In this document: positions 12,387 to 25,870 of the stretch, piece by piece
Numbering within the stretch: the stretch's first letter is position 1
How the letters are laid out: each line of letters begins with the position of its first letter
DNA from: Macrostomum lignano
Taxonomy: Eukaryota
Assembly: GCA_002269645.1 (NCBI GenBank)
Contig: NIVC01000176.1
Span: 434,001 to 498,000 of the forward strand
DNA: 64,000 bases
Direction: 5' to 3'
Position numbers and translations under genes: made by a program
Notes under the pieces: model-generated
Told to the model about the DNA's origin: nothing
Databases searched by the model: none
What the model saw: the letters and a program-made list of their open reading frames with translations, nothing else

Positions 12387-15300
12387 TCACCTGTTTCCGC
12401 CGCCAAGGAGGCCGACCGCGTTGTTCGACGTTCCGCCGCCGGCGCCGGCGCCGGCAGAGACGGACGAAGTAGTAGCCCGCTGTTTTAGCAGGGTCCAGTC
12501 GAACACGTAGTCGAACACGAAGTTCAACGTGCGGAATAGTATGCGAAAATTCTCGCGCAACCAACGATAGTCTGGGGCCTCTTCAAATTTCAGATTGCGG
12601 CAGTAGCTTAGGTAGCGGCTGAACTCCGGCGGGTAGCCCCTGGTCAGGCTCTCGATCGGGGTGGACACCTTCTTCTCGTAGATGCGCTCGTATTTCTGCT
12701 TCTTGTTGTTCGCCTGTGTGTTTTGGGAGTATGGTATAGAGTGACACAAGAGCAGTGGAGAGTGACAGATGAATATGGAGAGTGACAGATAAATATGGGG
12801 AGTGACAGATGAATATGGAGAGTGACAGATAAATATGGGGAGTGACAGATAGATATGGAGAGTGACAGATAGATATGGAGAGTGACAGATAGATATGGAG
12901 AGTGACAGATAGATATGGGGAGTGACAGATAGATATGGGGAGTGACAGATAGATATGGGGAGTGACAGATAGATATGGAGAGTGACAGATAGATATGGAG
13001 AGTGACAGATAGATATGGGGAGTGACAGATAGATATGGGGAGTGACAGATAGATATGGAGAGTGACAGATAGATATGGGAGTGACAGATAGATATGGAGA
13101 GTGACAGATAGATATGGGGAGTGACAGATAGATATGGGGAGTGACAGATAGATATGGAGAGTGACAGATAGATATGGAGAGTGACAGATAGATATGGAGA
13201 GTGACAGATAGATATGGGGAGTGACAGATAGATATGGGGAGTGACAGATAGATATGGAGAGTGACAGATAGATATGGAGAGTGACAGATAGATATGGGGA
13301 GTGACAGATAAATATGGGGAGTGACAGATAGATATGGAGAGTGACAGATAGATATGGGGAGTGACAGATAGATATGGAGAGTGACAGATAAATATGGGGA
13401 GTGACCGATAGATATGGGGAGTGACAGATAGATATGGAGAGTGACAGATAAATATGGGGAGTGACAGATAGATATGGGGAGTGACAGATAGATATGGAGA
13501 GTGACAGATAAATATGGAGAGTGACAAATAGATATGGGGAGTGACAGATAGATATGGTGAGTGACAGATAGATATGGACATGGAGAGTGACAAATAGATA
13601 TGGGGAGTGACAGATAGATACGGAGAGTGACAGATAGATATGGGGAGTGACAGATAGACATGGAGAGTGACAAATAGATATAGGGAGTGACAGATAGATA
13701 CGGAGAGTGAAAGATAGATATGGAGAGTGACAGATAAATATGGAGAGTGACAGATAGATATGGAGAGTGACAGATAAATATGGGGAGTGACAGATAGATA
13801 TGGAGAGTGACAGATAAGTATGGGGAGTGACAGATATATACGGAGAGTGACAGATAGATATGGGAGTGACAGATAGACATGGAGAGTGACAAATAGATAT
13901 GGGGAGTGACAGATAGATACGGAGAGTGACAGATAGATATGGGGAGTGACAGATAGACATGGAGAGTGACAGATAGATATGGGGAGTGACAGATAGATAT
14001 GGGGAGTGACAGATAGATATGGAGAGTGACAGATAGATATGGAGAGTGACAGATAAATATGGAGAGTGACAGATAGATATGGGGAGTGACAGATAGATAT
14101 GGAGAGTAACAGATAGATATGGAGAGTGACAGATAAATATGGGGAGTGACAGATAGATATGGAGAGTGACAGATAGATATGGGAGTGACAGATAGACATG
14201 GAGAGTGACAAATAGATATGGGGAGTGACAGATAGATACGGAGAGTGACAGATAGATATGGGGAGCGAAAGATAGACATGGAGAGTGACAAATAGATATA
14301 GGGAGTGACAGATAGATACGGAGAGTGACAGATAGATATGGAGAGTGACAGATAGATATGGAGAGTGACAGATAGATATGGGGAGTGACAGATAGACATG
14401 GAGAGTGACAGATGAATATGGAGAGTGACAGATAAATTGGGGAGTGACAGATAGATACGGAGAGTGACAGATAGATATGGGAGTGACAGATAGACATGGA
14501 GAGTGACAAATAGATATGGGGAGTGACAGATAGATACGGAGAGTGACAGATAGATATGGAGAGTAACAGATGAATATGGAGAGTGACAGATAAATATGGG
14601 GAGTGACAGATAGATACGGAGAGTGACAGATAGATATGGAGAGTGACAAATAGATATGGGGAGTGACAGATAGATATGGAGAGTGACATATAGATATGGG
14701 GAGTGACAGATAGACATGGAGAGTGACAGATGAAGATGGGGAGTGACAGATAAATATGGGGAGTGACAGATAGATACGGAGAGTGACAGATAGATATGGA
14801 GTGACAGATAGATATGGGGAGTGACAGATAGACATGGAGAGTGACAGATAGATACGGAGAGTGACAGATAAATATAGAGAGTGACAGATAGATATGGAGA
14901 GTGACAGATGGATATGGGGAGTGACAGATAGATATGGGGAGTGACAGATAGATATGGAGAGTGACAGATAGATACAGAGAGTGACAGATAGATACGGACA
15001 ATGACGTAAATAGCGAAGAGTGACACTACCACAGTGGAAAGTGACACAAGGCCTAAAACAAAAAGATGAGAAGAGTTGCCACCAACCTTGAGTCCTTGCC
15101 AGGGCAGCGAGGAGCGCAGGAAGTACATGAAAACGTAACCAAGACTTTCCAGATCGTCCCGACGCGACTGTTCAATGCCGGCGTGCGCATTGACCGAGGC
15201 GTAGCGAGCCGTGCCAGTCAGGTTCTTGTCGTCGCGATAAGGAATGTGCGCCTTCGTGCGGGAGTCGCTGAGGGCAAAGGCGAATGAATTTGTATTGAGG

Positions 15301-18300
15301 TGGGAGGGCTGATTGAAATATCTGGGGCAAGAAATTGCGCAATAACACTAACCGGTATTTTTTGGCCAGACCGAAGTCTACAAGGAATAATTTGTTGCAG
15401 TGGCGCCCGATGCCCATTAGAAAGTTGTCCGGTTTGATGTCGCTGTGGGAATGATTGTGCATGATTTGCTAGGGCTTTTTTAATAATGTTATTGATACTT
15501 ATATGAAGCTGGATCTGAGAAGCTGGACCAGAAACTAAGGATCTGGGAGGCTGGCCCAGCAACTGAGGATCTGGGAGGCTGGCCCAGCAACTGAGGATCT
15601 GGGAGGCTGGCCCAGCAACTGAGGATCTGGGAGGCTGGCCCAGCAACTGAGAATCTGGGAGGCTGGCCCAGCAACTGAGGATCCGAGAAGCTGGCCCAGC
15701 AACTGAGGATCTGAGAAGCTGGCCCAGCAACTGAGGATCTGGGAGGCTGGCCCAGCAACTGAGGATCTGAGAAGCTGGCCCAGCAACTGAGGATCTGGGA
15801 GGCTGGCCCAGCAACTGAGGATCTGGGAGGCTGGCCAGGCAACTGGGCATCTGGGAGGCTGGTTCAGCAACTAAGGATCTGGGAGGCTGGCCCAGCAACT
15901 GAGGATCTGGGAGGCTGGGAAGGCGGCAGTAGCCCACAGCCAGAGGGTTGTAGGAGCGAGGCGGCGGTCTCAGTAAATATAAAGCCAGATTTCACAACCA
16001 CGTCAATGCTTGCATTACCGGTGAATGAAATTCTTATTATGCACAAACTCCACCCGGCAGAGCATCTGATCGGCCAGCATCAGCACAGTTTTCATAGTGA
16101 AGCGGCGCGAACAGAAGGTAAACAAATCCTCCAGGCTGGGGCCGAGCAGGTCCATCACAAGGCAGTTGTATTGGTTTTTCACGCCATCCTGGCCGTACCA
16201 CCTGGCGTTGGCACAAGATTGTGGCATTCGGTACATGCAACATGAACCAAAAAGCATTTGCTGCACAATTGGATATCGAATTTCGAGATTACCCCTTGAA
16301 AAGAATCAGAACCAACAGAACACTTCATTTCTCTTCTGTCACTCTCATCTACTCTTCTGTCACTCTCAGTTTCTCTTCTGTCACTTCATTTCTTTTCTGT
16401 CACTCTCAGTTTCTCTTCTGTCACTCAATTTCTCTTCTGTCACTCTCAGCTACTCTTCTGACACTCAATTTCTCTTCTGTCACTGTCAGATTCTCTTCTG
16501 TCACTGTCAGATACTCTTCTGTCACTCAATTTCTCTTCTGTCACTCTCAGCTACTCTTCTGTTACTCAATTTCTCTTCTGTCACTCTCCGTTTCTCTTCT
16601 GTCACTCTCAGCTTCTCTTCTGTCACTTAATTTCTCTTCTGTCACTCAATTTCTCTTCTGTCACTCCCAGTTTCTCTTCTGTCACTCAATTTTTTTCTGT
16701 TACTCTCAGTTTCTCTTCTGTCACTCAATTTCTCTTCTGTCACTCTCAGCTACTCTTCTGTTACTCAATTTCTCTTCTGTCACTCTCCGTTTCTCTTCTG
16801 TCACTCAATTTCTCTTCTGTCACTCTCAGCTACTCTTCTGTCACTCTCAGCTACTCTTCTGTCACTCTCCGTTTCTCTTCTGTCACTCTCCGTTTCTCTT
16901 CTGTCACTCTCAGCTTCTCTTCTGTCACTTAATTTCTCTTGTCACTCAATTTCTCTTCTGTCACTCCCAGTTTCTCTTCTGTCACTCAATTTCTCTTCTG
17001 TCACTCCCAGTTTCTCTTCTGTCACTCAATTTATCTACTGTCACTCTCAGCTTCTCTTCTGTCACTCAATTTCTCTTCTGTCACTCCCAGTTTCTCTTCT
17101 GTCACTTAATTTTTTTCTGTTACTCTCAGTTTCTCTTCTGTCACTCAATTTATCTTCTGACACTCAATTTCTCTTCTGTCACTGTCAGATTCTCTTCTGT
17201 CACTCAATTTCTCTTCTGCCACTCTCAGTTTCTCTTCTGTCACTCAATGTCTCTTCTGTCACTCTCAGTTTCTCTTCTGTCACTCAATTTCTCTTCCGTT
17301 ACTCTATTATTTATCTTCTGTCACCCTCAAATCAAATTCTTTCTCCATTCGTTTTCAGTGTGACATTCAGTCTCTCTCCGATTTTCTTTTGTTGCATCAT
17401 ACTCGTACATGTATGTGTCCCTGTCAGGCTGTTTCTCTTCTATATTCTGTCAGTCTAGTTCATTCTAGTTCAATCTAGTTCATTCTTTCATGATTTTCCG
17501 TCACTGTCTGCCAGACCTATTTTCCTTATTCTTATTGCTTTTTTTATAAAAAAAAACAGCACTACAGGAAGCCACATACCTAGTTACTGTTGAAAAATTA
17601 ATTCTAAATGCATAACTAAAATAAAGTTTAGCCACATAATGCCGAAAAAGGGAATATCTACATTCCAATTACCAATGGTTTAAATATCTGCGCAGTCACG
17701 TTCTATTCTCTGCTTTGTCCGAACTTTGCCAGACTGCAGATTGCAGGCGGAAGGGCATGAATTTAGGACCATAAATATGCAGATTAGTCTCAGTTCATTT
17801 TAATGTCTGTGCTCAGCAGTTTTTAAATGTAAAATGAGCAGTCTTATTTTCAAACTGCGATGCGCAAATGGCATTTGCATTTCTGATATTCGATACCATT
17901 CTAGCTATTAACAATATCAATAACCCGATCTATTCATAGTGGAAATATCGTACCGTATTTAAGCTGGGTGAAAGCTGTTTGAAAGGAACACTGCGCAGTA
18001 GAGCAGGACGCAGATCACAAAGATTGTGTAATTTTTGAAGGCCTATTTCCCGGAAAAAATGCACTGCGGAGATAGGAAAAATCATTTTTCCCAGGAAATA
18101 GGCCTACAAAAAAATTACACAATCTTTAAGTTTTATATCCTGGTATAGTACAGTGGCCCTTGGATATTTAAGATTCAGTGATCAGTGATTAAACTTGGCA
18201 TGCAAGTACATGTCATATAAAACTTTAGACACTTTACCTGATGGTAGGAATACCAATACCGTCCTGAAGAATCTTGTACACCTTGCTCTCATAGAGCAGC

Positions 18301-18470
18301 TGCGGATGTCGGGCAGTGACTGGTTCAAGTTTCACCGCAACCTCCTCGCCATTGATGATGCTGACGCCTAGATAGATTTCGCCAAAGGATCCGCTGCCAA
18401 TCTTTCTAGTCAACTTGTACTTGCTGCCGACAATGAAGTCGGCCTTTTTGGACCCGCTACCAGATTCCAT
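12387..18470 (-). CDS. CSNK1A1: Casein kinase I alpha, 337 aa
   Basis: Exons (minus): 18238-18470, 16019-16201, 15353-15442, 15087-15267, 12387-12713; 1014 nt in frame. Motifs [43 protein letters not shown], alpha-type [42 protein letters not shown]. The last codons overlap a possible donor (AG|GTGAAT), so the 3' end is less certain. Confidence 0.95.
12757..14998. repeat. 20-bp minisatellite (GGAGAGTGACAGATAGATAT)n, CK1 intron 4
   Basis: Roughly 110 copies. Confidence 0.98.
15503..15920. repeat. 28-bp minisatellite (ACTGAGGATCTGGGAGGCTGGCCCAGCA)n, CK1 intron 2
   Basis: About 15 copies; same unit as the arrays at 60913-61882 and 62707-63876. Confidence 0.97.
16326..17335. repeat. 19/21-bp minisatellite (TTTCTCTTCTGTCACTCTCAG / …CACTCAA)n, CK1 intron 1
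   Basis: About 50 copies. Confidence 0.95.
18019..18127. repeat. Inverted repeat / MITE-like foldback in CK1 intron 1
   Basis: Arms 18019-18061 and 18083-18127 are reverse complements with a few mismatches and a 2-nt indel. Confidence 0.85.
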
Positions 18471-20393
18471 GGATCTTGATAAACAGCCGCAACAATGACC
18501 ACTCTGACTGCTCGTAGATAGACTTATGTTTTCTCAATTATGCCGCTCCCGCTTGACTTTCAATTAGATGTGTTGAACACCTGAGTTGAGAGTAAAGACG
18601 AAGTCTAATACAAGAAGCATGAATTAAAAAAACCAATGAAATAATTTTGTGAGCAATGAAATATGAGACCAACAATTAGCAACATCCATGCAAGACTCAG
18701 GGGAGTTAACAGCATTTGTTTGACAATTTTTCAATAGACATAAATAATTAGCCAAAATTGCATGTAAAAGACAGATTAAAGACACCATTAGAAATTGTAA
18801 TTAATTCCTAAAGGTACTTCTAAGGTTTATGTAAAGGTATTAGTTAAAATGATTTGTTTAAAAAAACTGGTAACTTAAAAACAAACTTGACCTCCATCCT
18901 TATTTTCATATATCATATAATATAGATATTGATATAGACCTTGTAATCAGTGAGTTTGCATCTGTGGTAAAAACCTATCGAAGTAATTCTTTTTGAACAC
19001 CTAAGATCCAACCAGATATGGTAAGACATGGCAAGACATTGTTTCACCCAAAAAAGGAATCAATCATAGTGATATCTACTACAATGCAAGAGTTATGAAT
19101 TCATCTATATGAAGTTACCTATTTATTTTATATTAACTTTATATTACTGGCTTGTAAGTGATGTGGCCACAGCCTTCTGCTGCAAGCATAGGGCCACAGT
19201 CACATCTTAGGCACTGCTCATTGCTATAATTTATATGGCCATCCTGGCCGCATTTCTGTCATGCATTTTGACCCCCTCCCATTTCGAGAATTTCTTTTGT
19301 GCTATCCTTGTGCTCTCTCTCTTCTTGCGTTTGTAATTTTGTTTAAACCTTAACAGCGACCGCCTTTAATTAAATTTACTTAATTTTTCTACACCTTGGC
19401 ACAGCTGGATTACTCTCATTTGTAGCCAAAATAGCTCGTATCTGTTGGCTAAGTAATAAATAATTTGGTAACCTGCTCTATACTTAATTACGTCAATCTA
19501 TTGAAGCCCTTAATAATTTATCTTGAGTTATTTGCCCGCGGGGCGTTAAACAACCAGATTAGTCTCAACTCCGAACGAGCTCTGAGATCTCAACATTCCG
19601 TAATATGTAAATTACAATGGTGGCAGCACTACTCTACTAAAAGTAACCAATACAGAAAAATCAGACAATAGAATTGCAGTGTCTAGACCATTGAGTCTAC
19701 TATCTAAACAACCATGCCTACTCAAGACCGCTTGACTACAATTACAACTACCCTCCCCCCGGAATTGAGGACCTGGCAGATGGAGTATCCAAAGGAGAAA
19801 AGCAATTCGAGTTATATGGTGACATTTTCCAGCTTTATGTGCGCCATGATTTTGGAGGCGGAATTTGAAACTTAAAACTGCCCCACCTCATTGGTATCAG
19901 CAAACCAAGTGATTTCAAAAAGAAACTTTATTTAAATTCACCCACCTCCCATCACCTATTCTTTTCTCCACACCTAAGTCAGATGGATCCTTGTATATTT
20001 ACTATTAAACAAATTTCTTCTATGCATTTAAAAATACCAAGTTGATGATTATGACATATAAGTTTTGGCTTCTGAGTTTGTTAATTTACTTATGATTGGT
20101 AAGGTTAAGGGTTAAGGGGAAAGGGGGTGACCACCTAACTACTGCCCCCTTCCAACTAGAGATACTGTATCACCACTGATATATACATTTTATGACTAAA
20201 TTCCTACATATATTATTCTTAGAATTGGTATTGTTAGCACTTATTATGGTGCTATGATTAAATACCATGAAACATTAAACACCTAGAAAAAACTAGGCAT
20301 TGTTTTATTGCTTTAAAGCAATATTATTGATTACCATAATGGTTTATAAGATGGGGTTAGGGAGGGGGGTAGAACAATTAAATATATAATTGG

Positions 20394-21062
20394 CATGGCC
20401 CCTAGGCTATAGTCCGGATCATGCTGGGTGCACGCCCAGACAAAAATTGAATAATTACAAATGCAAGCCAAGAAAAAAATTAGTGCACGCCCATTTTCAA
20501 AGATATGCCAATGTTGTGACAATAAATGACCTTTTTACGTTATGACAATAAAATAATTTTTTTAAATTGCATAATAGACCCTTATTACCAAATAATTTGG
20601 TTGCTTTTTATGCTTTTTTGGCAATACTATTTATGGCGGAAAATTTATACATGCAAAAAATTGTTTAAATGCCCTTTTATGAGCTTGAAAAAACTAGGGC
20701 CTAGAAAGCTTGAAAATTGCACTTTAAAATGAACTTTTTCATCTTTTTTTCTACTTCATAAAAACTCTTAACACGTGATTCTATAAAGTGCACACCAGAT
20801 ATGCACGTCTAATTTTGGTGTGCAAGGCCAATGCATACCTGAATTTTCGGGCATATACTACATGACCTGATTGCAGCGCATGGGCATTTTGGCGGACGGC
20901 GTCCAGCGCGGATCAGCCTGCGCGGCGCAGCATTGGTGGTGGACCAGGGGTAGGGGCCTAAGTCGCAAAAATGCCACCCCATAGAATACGGGCGTAGTAC
21001 TAATTAGATGCCGAGGCATTTAGGCTTGATAAGACAGTCATAGTTACTCCTGCCGTTTACAC
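20394..21062. repeat. Old dispersed repeat family; related segments in opposite orientation at ~23830-23905 and ~26840-27225
   Basis: 20400-20590 aligns by eye to the reverse complement of 27040-27225; shared motif AAAC(G/AA)CAGGAGTAACTATG…GCTAATTAGT in all three copies. Confidence 0.7.
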
Positions 21063-24000
21063 AAAACTGCGTTAATTTTGCTTTAGGGTTTCTTTCACAG
21101 GTAAGTCATTTCACAGCATGGCGCAGGTTGTGTAGGCATTTGGCATACTTAAGCCATGCGCTGCAATAGGGATACATGATCTGGAGCATGGCCCCTGGGC
21201 TTATAGTTTTTTTCCTTTTCCCCAAATATAATGCCTTGGTGAATACATTTAAAAGCAAAAATGGAAATATAAACTATAACATTTAGGCAAAAATTTAGAA
21301 AATGCTCAGTGCATTTGAATAGAATAAAAAATACTAATAATGTAATTCAGACATGATAAAAATTTGACAGTTTAGTTAATAAAATTGTTATTAGAAAAGT
21401 TGACAAAAAATTAAACAGTACAAAATTGTCAGCAAAAAAGTTTATAGGCAAAGTTAGGCCTACTTTTGTCTCAAACAAAGCTAGGGCCTAGGCCACTTTG
21501 GCACTCTCCTAAAGATACTGTTCATGAGGATTTTTGCCCTGTTTACAAAACAAACTGCACTGGCTGCACCCAAATCATATAGGTCTATATTTTGAATAAA
21601 TTCTATCATTAAACTTGTGATAATGATACGATAGGCCATAGGCCTGGGTTCCAAAAAGCTACTTCACTGCAAAGCAAAACAGATGCAAACTGCAATCACG
21701 ACTCAAATTGAATTCTTGGATGAAATTAAAATATAGATATGAAGCAAAACCGCATTACAACTTGTAGAGCGACAGGCCTATTTAACTTACTCACTGTACC
21801 GTACAACTTAGCTAGTGAGCTAGACGATTTGCGTAGTACTTTTTATTTTTTAAACTGTTAAATAATAAAAAATCGGCACTTGTTGTTATTTTAAATATAC
21901 CGTCACCGTAAATGAAGGTGTTGTTTTTTTCGTTATTTACGACCATAAGTTATTGTGTTGTATCGATAGTTTTATCATTGACATTGAATTAAAAGAAACT
22001 TCTAATGAAAATTTTCTTTCTCGTTTGATTTTATATATTCACGAAAATCATCGGATTATTGAAAGTAATTAATTATTAATTTTTGAAAAACAATTGCTTA
22101 TTGAATTTTTATACATTTATAATGGAATGCTTGTAACTTGAAACATCCAGTGGTTGTGTGAGATACTTATCTGTAAAATATATATTGCAGTATAAAATGT
22201 GTTTGAAATTGCACTTCATAAATTTATTGTTTATTGGCTTTTAAAATTTTAAATATTATATAGCTAGAAGGTATACTGAAAATCATATAAATTATAAACC
22301 CGTAAACAATACACTAGACTTCCTACTAGGCTTCCTACATTTCTATCGAACAGAAGTTTAGGATTACTGACTCCCCTTGAGCTGTCCTAATTCAGAAGGA
22401 GTTACTTGAGTAGTTTAATTAGACTCTTAAAGAAGTTCGATTTGTTTTTACTGGAGATATCCCTACTAATATAATCACTTTGACGCTTCGTAATAGCCTT
22501 TTTTCATTGCAAATTATTTTATTATGAGCTTTTTTGCTTAATTCATAGCAATATACTTAGGAAATTTACATCTCAGTTTGATTTTTTAAAGTAAGTATTT
22601 TCATAGGGTACTTCGGGCCACAGGCACTTGCGTATTGTGACACTTTGACGTCTTTTCCGGATATTTTTTGAATCTTGGATTTAAATTTAGCGGCTTTTAA
22701 TTTATATGGATTTTATATGGATTTTAATTTAGCGGCCATCCGACCAATCGCAATTGACTGACTGACCATTTCGAAGAATATGGAGCATAGTGATAGTGCC
22801 TGTTTATAGAGGGAAAATTCATATTATTGTATATGGTTATGGCTATGCTATGATGATAAATAAAATTGCATCTTGTAGGCCTAATATTAGAAATTCACAA
22901 GGCTAAACCTTAATAAAGGTCAAAAAAGGTAATAATTAGGCAATAAGCAAATGTCAATGATGATTTACCAATCAAGACCATTTTAGGAACAGTTGGACTC
23001 AATAACTATTTTTTTGGCAACATATTATATAAAATTATACCAATATTGTTTGCTCTGTGCTTGTTCTGTGTGATGGCCTAATAAGTTAATTTATTTTTGT
23101 CTCTTCATGTACAATTAGGCCCCTATCAACTGGACTAAACCCATTCATCTATTGCCCTGTACAGTTTTTTATTTTCTTTATTTATTTAAATAAATATATG
23201 GAATTATGAATCATGAGTGCAAGCCCTGAAGATGACCACTTGTGTAATTGTATTGAAACACATTGGCTATAATAATAATTGGCAATCTTCTCAAATCGTT
23301 TGTTTAATTATTTTCGGAATTATTTCGCCCTCTATTCAAGGGTGGTGGGGGGTTGGGGATTGGAATTAAATGAACGATTCAAGAAGATAGCCTAATAATT
23401 TACTTATCTGTTGGTGTTGGCCTTCATTTCTCTAGTATGATATCATATCATTCCAATATCACTAGTAGGCCTATGATATTGGAGTTTAGAAAATTTTGAT
23501 TCTGAACTTGTTAGCCTATAAACAATAAGCTATGGTCATTTTCTCTTTTTTAGGCTATGTTATTTTCTTAGAATTTTTACTAGTAGGATTTTTTAGCTAT
23601 ATGATTTTGCTATACTTGTAGTCATATTAACATAGGAATATTTTTGCTACTTTTAAGGTCATAAATTATTGCTTGTAAGCTTGTCTAATATAATAACCAC
23701 TTGTGCAATTTAAATTATATATGCACCCATATAGCTATTCATACATGCGCAACTTCTGAAATTACGCTGGCCGTGCGACTTAGTTTTCGATAAAAAATGC
23801 GACTTACCTATGAAAGAGCCAAGCAAAAACTTTAGGTAAACGGCAGGAGTAACTATGACCATATTTTTAAAGCTAAATGCCTCGCCAGCTAATTAGTGCT
23901 GCGTGCAGATTCCGCGTTTTTATAACAGCTAATCAGTGTCATCTAGTGGCGGCATGAAGCAATTAGTAAATTGTCAGTACAGTGTAGTGAGCATACTACA

Positions 24001-24319
24001 AAAGTCATGATTCATGAATGTCCAGAAGTAAGTGAAGTGAATACAGTGTGACCTATAGCTCAAGAACGATTTGCTAGACGATTTGGCATGGAAGATGAGA
24101 GCCCTGATTCAGATGGCTCATCAGATGTAGAATACGAATCCAGTAGCGATACAAGCTGTGAAAACCCACAGATTTTTAAACCACTGAATTCTAATTCCCG
24201 GAACTATTTTTGCATAGATTCTAAATTTGAAGTCATGCTCAAACAAAAACTTGTTAACAGTTAGGAAAAAGGCAAAGATGGGAGTAATGCATGTTAAACT
24301 AAGATTTGAGGCCTTTGCA

Positions 24320-24960
24320 AATTCTCTCCATTCCTCAATCTTCTCATCCTCTTTTTCTTTTCTCTCTCATCCCTTATCCCTTCTCTCTTTCCTCTCCTCT
24401 CTCCTCTCTTTCCTCTCCTCTCCTATCTCTTCTGTCTCCTCTCTACATTCTTATCTCTCCTCTCGTCTCTCTCCATTCCACTCTACTCTCTCATCTTATC
24501 TCTCCTCTCTTTTCTACTCTCTCATCTCTCCTCTCTTCACTCTCCTCTCATCTCCTCTTTATCCTCTCTTCTCTCATCTACTCTCTCCTCTTTCCTCTTT
24601 CCTCTCTTCTGATCTCATCCATCATCTTTTCTTTCCTCTTTCCTCTCATCTCCTCTTCTCTCTCATCTCTTTTTCCTCCCTCAGCTTTTCTCTCCTTTTC
24701 TATCTTTTCTCCCATCGCATCGCTCGCCTCTCCTCTGTTTGCTTATCTCTAATCTTCTATTCCCTCTACTTTGAAGTAAGAAAATATGCACATATTTTTG
24801 CTGAAGATAAGAGGAGAGAAGAGGGCATTGAGGAGAAAGGGTAGAGAGAAAGGGGGAGAAGAGAGGAGAGTAAAAATGAGAGGAGAGAGAAGAGGGAAAA
24901 GGGGGAGAGAGAGAAGAGGGGAGGCAAGGTAGAGAAGAAGAGAGAGATGAGAGTTGAAGA
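24320..24960. repeat. CT-rich tract followed by GA-rich tract
   Basis: Low-complexity pyrimidine run (24320-24740) then purine run (24810-24960). Confidence 0.9.
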
Positions 24961-25004
24961 GACACCAACCTTGCTACTCGTAGTTAGGAAGTTTCAAAGA
25001 ACCC

Positions 25005-25058
25005 GAGGGGCGAGGGCCAGATAGAGGGGCTTCGCGAGCCGGAGTTTGCCAACCCCTG
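25005..25058. mobile_element. Solitary hAT/Charlie-like terminal inverted repeat remnant
   Basis: GTTTGCCAACCCCTG (reverse complement CAGGGGTTGGCAAAC) preceded by GGGCCAGAT…CGCGAGCCG resembles hAT-Charlie MITE ends; no partner TIR seen. Confidence 0.45.
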
Positions 25059-25194
25059 CTCCAGAGTTTAAGAAATCAATGGGAAACTGTTGACGCGGGC
25101 TTCTGATTTCAAAGATCTTGTCTGTTGTTGAAGGCTTCTATTCTGTTTTTGCTCTCCTGCCACACTTGCACCTACTACCCCCTGATTGCCTCTG

Positions 25195-25870
25195 ATTGTG
25201 ACTTACTTCCCTCTTATTGCGACTTAGTTGCTTCTTTTTGCGACTTACCTAATCCTTTTTGCGACTTACCTAATCCTTCTGCGACTTACCTAATCCTTTT
25301 GCGACTTACCTAACCCTTTTGCGACTTAGCTGATCCTTTTGCGACTTACCTGATTCTTTTTGCGACTTACCTAATCCTTTTTGCGACTTACCTAATCCTT
25401 TTGCGACTTACCTAATCCTTTTGCGACTTACCTAACCCTTTTGCCACTTACCTAATCCTTTTTGCGACTTACTTAATCCTTTTTGCGACTTACCTAATCC
25501 TTTTTGCGAGTTACCTAATCTTTTGCGACTTAGCTGATCCTTTTGCGACTTACCTGATTCTTTTTGCGACTTACCTAATCCTTTTTGCGACTTACTTAAT
25601 CCTTTTTGCGACTTACCTAATCCTTTTTGCGAGTTACCTAATCTTTTGCGACTTAGCTGATCCTTTTGCGACTTACCTGATTCTTTTTGCGACTTACCTA
25701 ATCCTTTTTGCGACTTACCTAATCCTTTTTGGGACTTACCTAATCCTTTTTGCGACTTACCTAACCCTTTTGCGACTTACCTGATCCTTTTTGCGACATA
25801 GTTTGCTTCTTTTGCGACTTACCTAATTCCTGTTGCGACTTACCAGTACCTGATTATTTTTACAACTTAG
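25195..25870. repeat. 21/22-bp minisatellite (TTTGCGACTTACCTAATCCT[T])n
   Basis: About 28-30 copies; intergenic. Confidence 0.95.

Noticed and set aside
21786-21795. GTGAGTAAGT donor on minus as the end of a CK1 non-coding first exon
   Set aside because: Plausible, but a lone motif without transcript evidence is not enough to call an exon.
24088-24264. Short acidic ORF (MEDESPDSDGSSDVEYE…) resembling a transposase N-terminus
   Set aside because: Under 60 codons, low complexity and no catalytic motifs.
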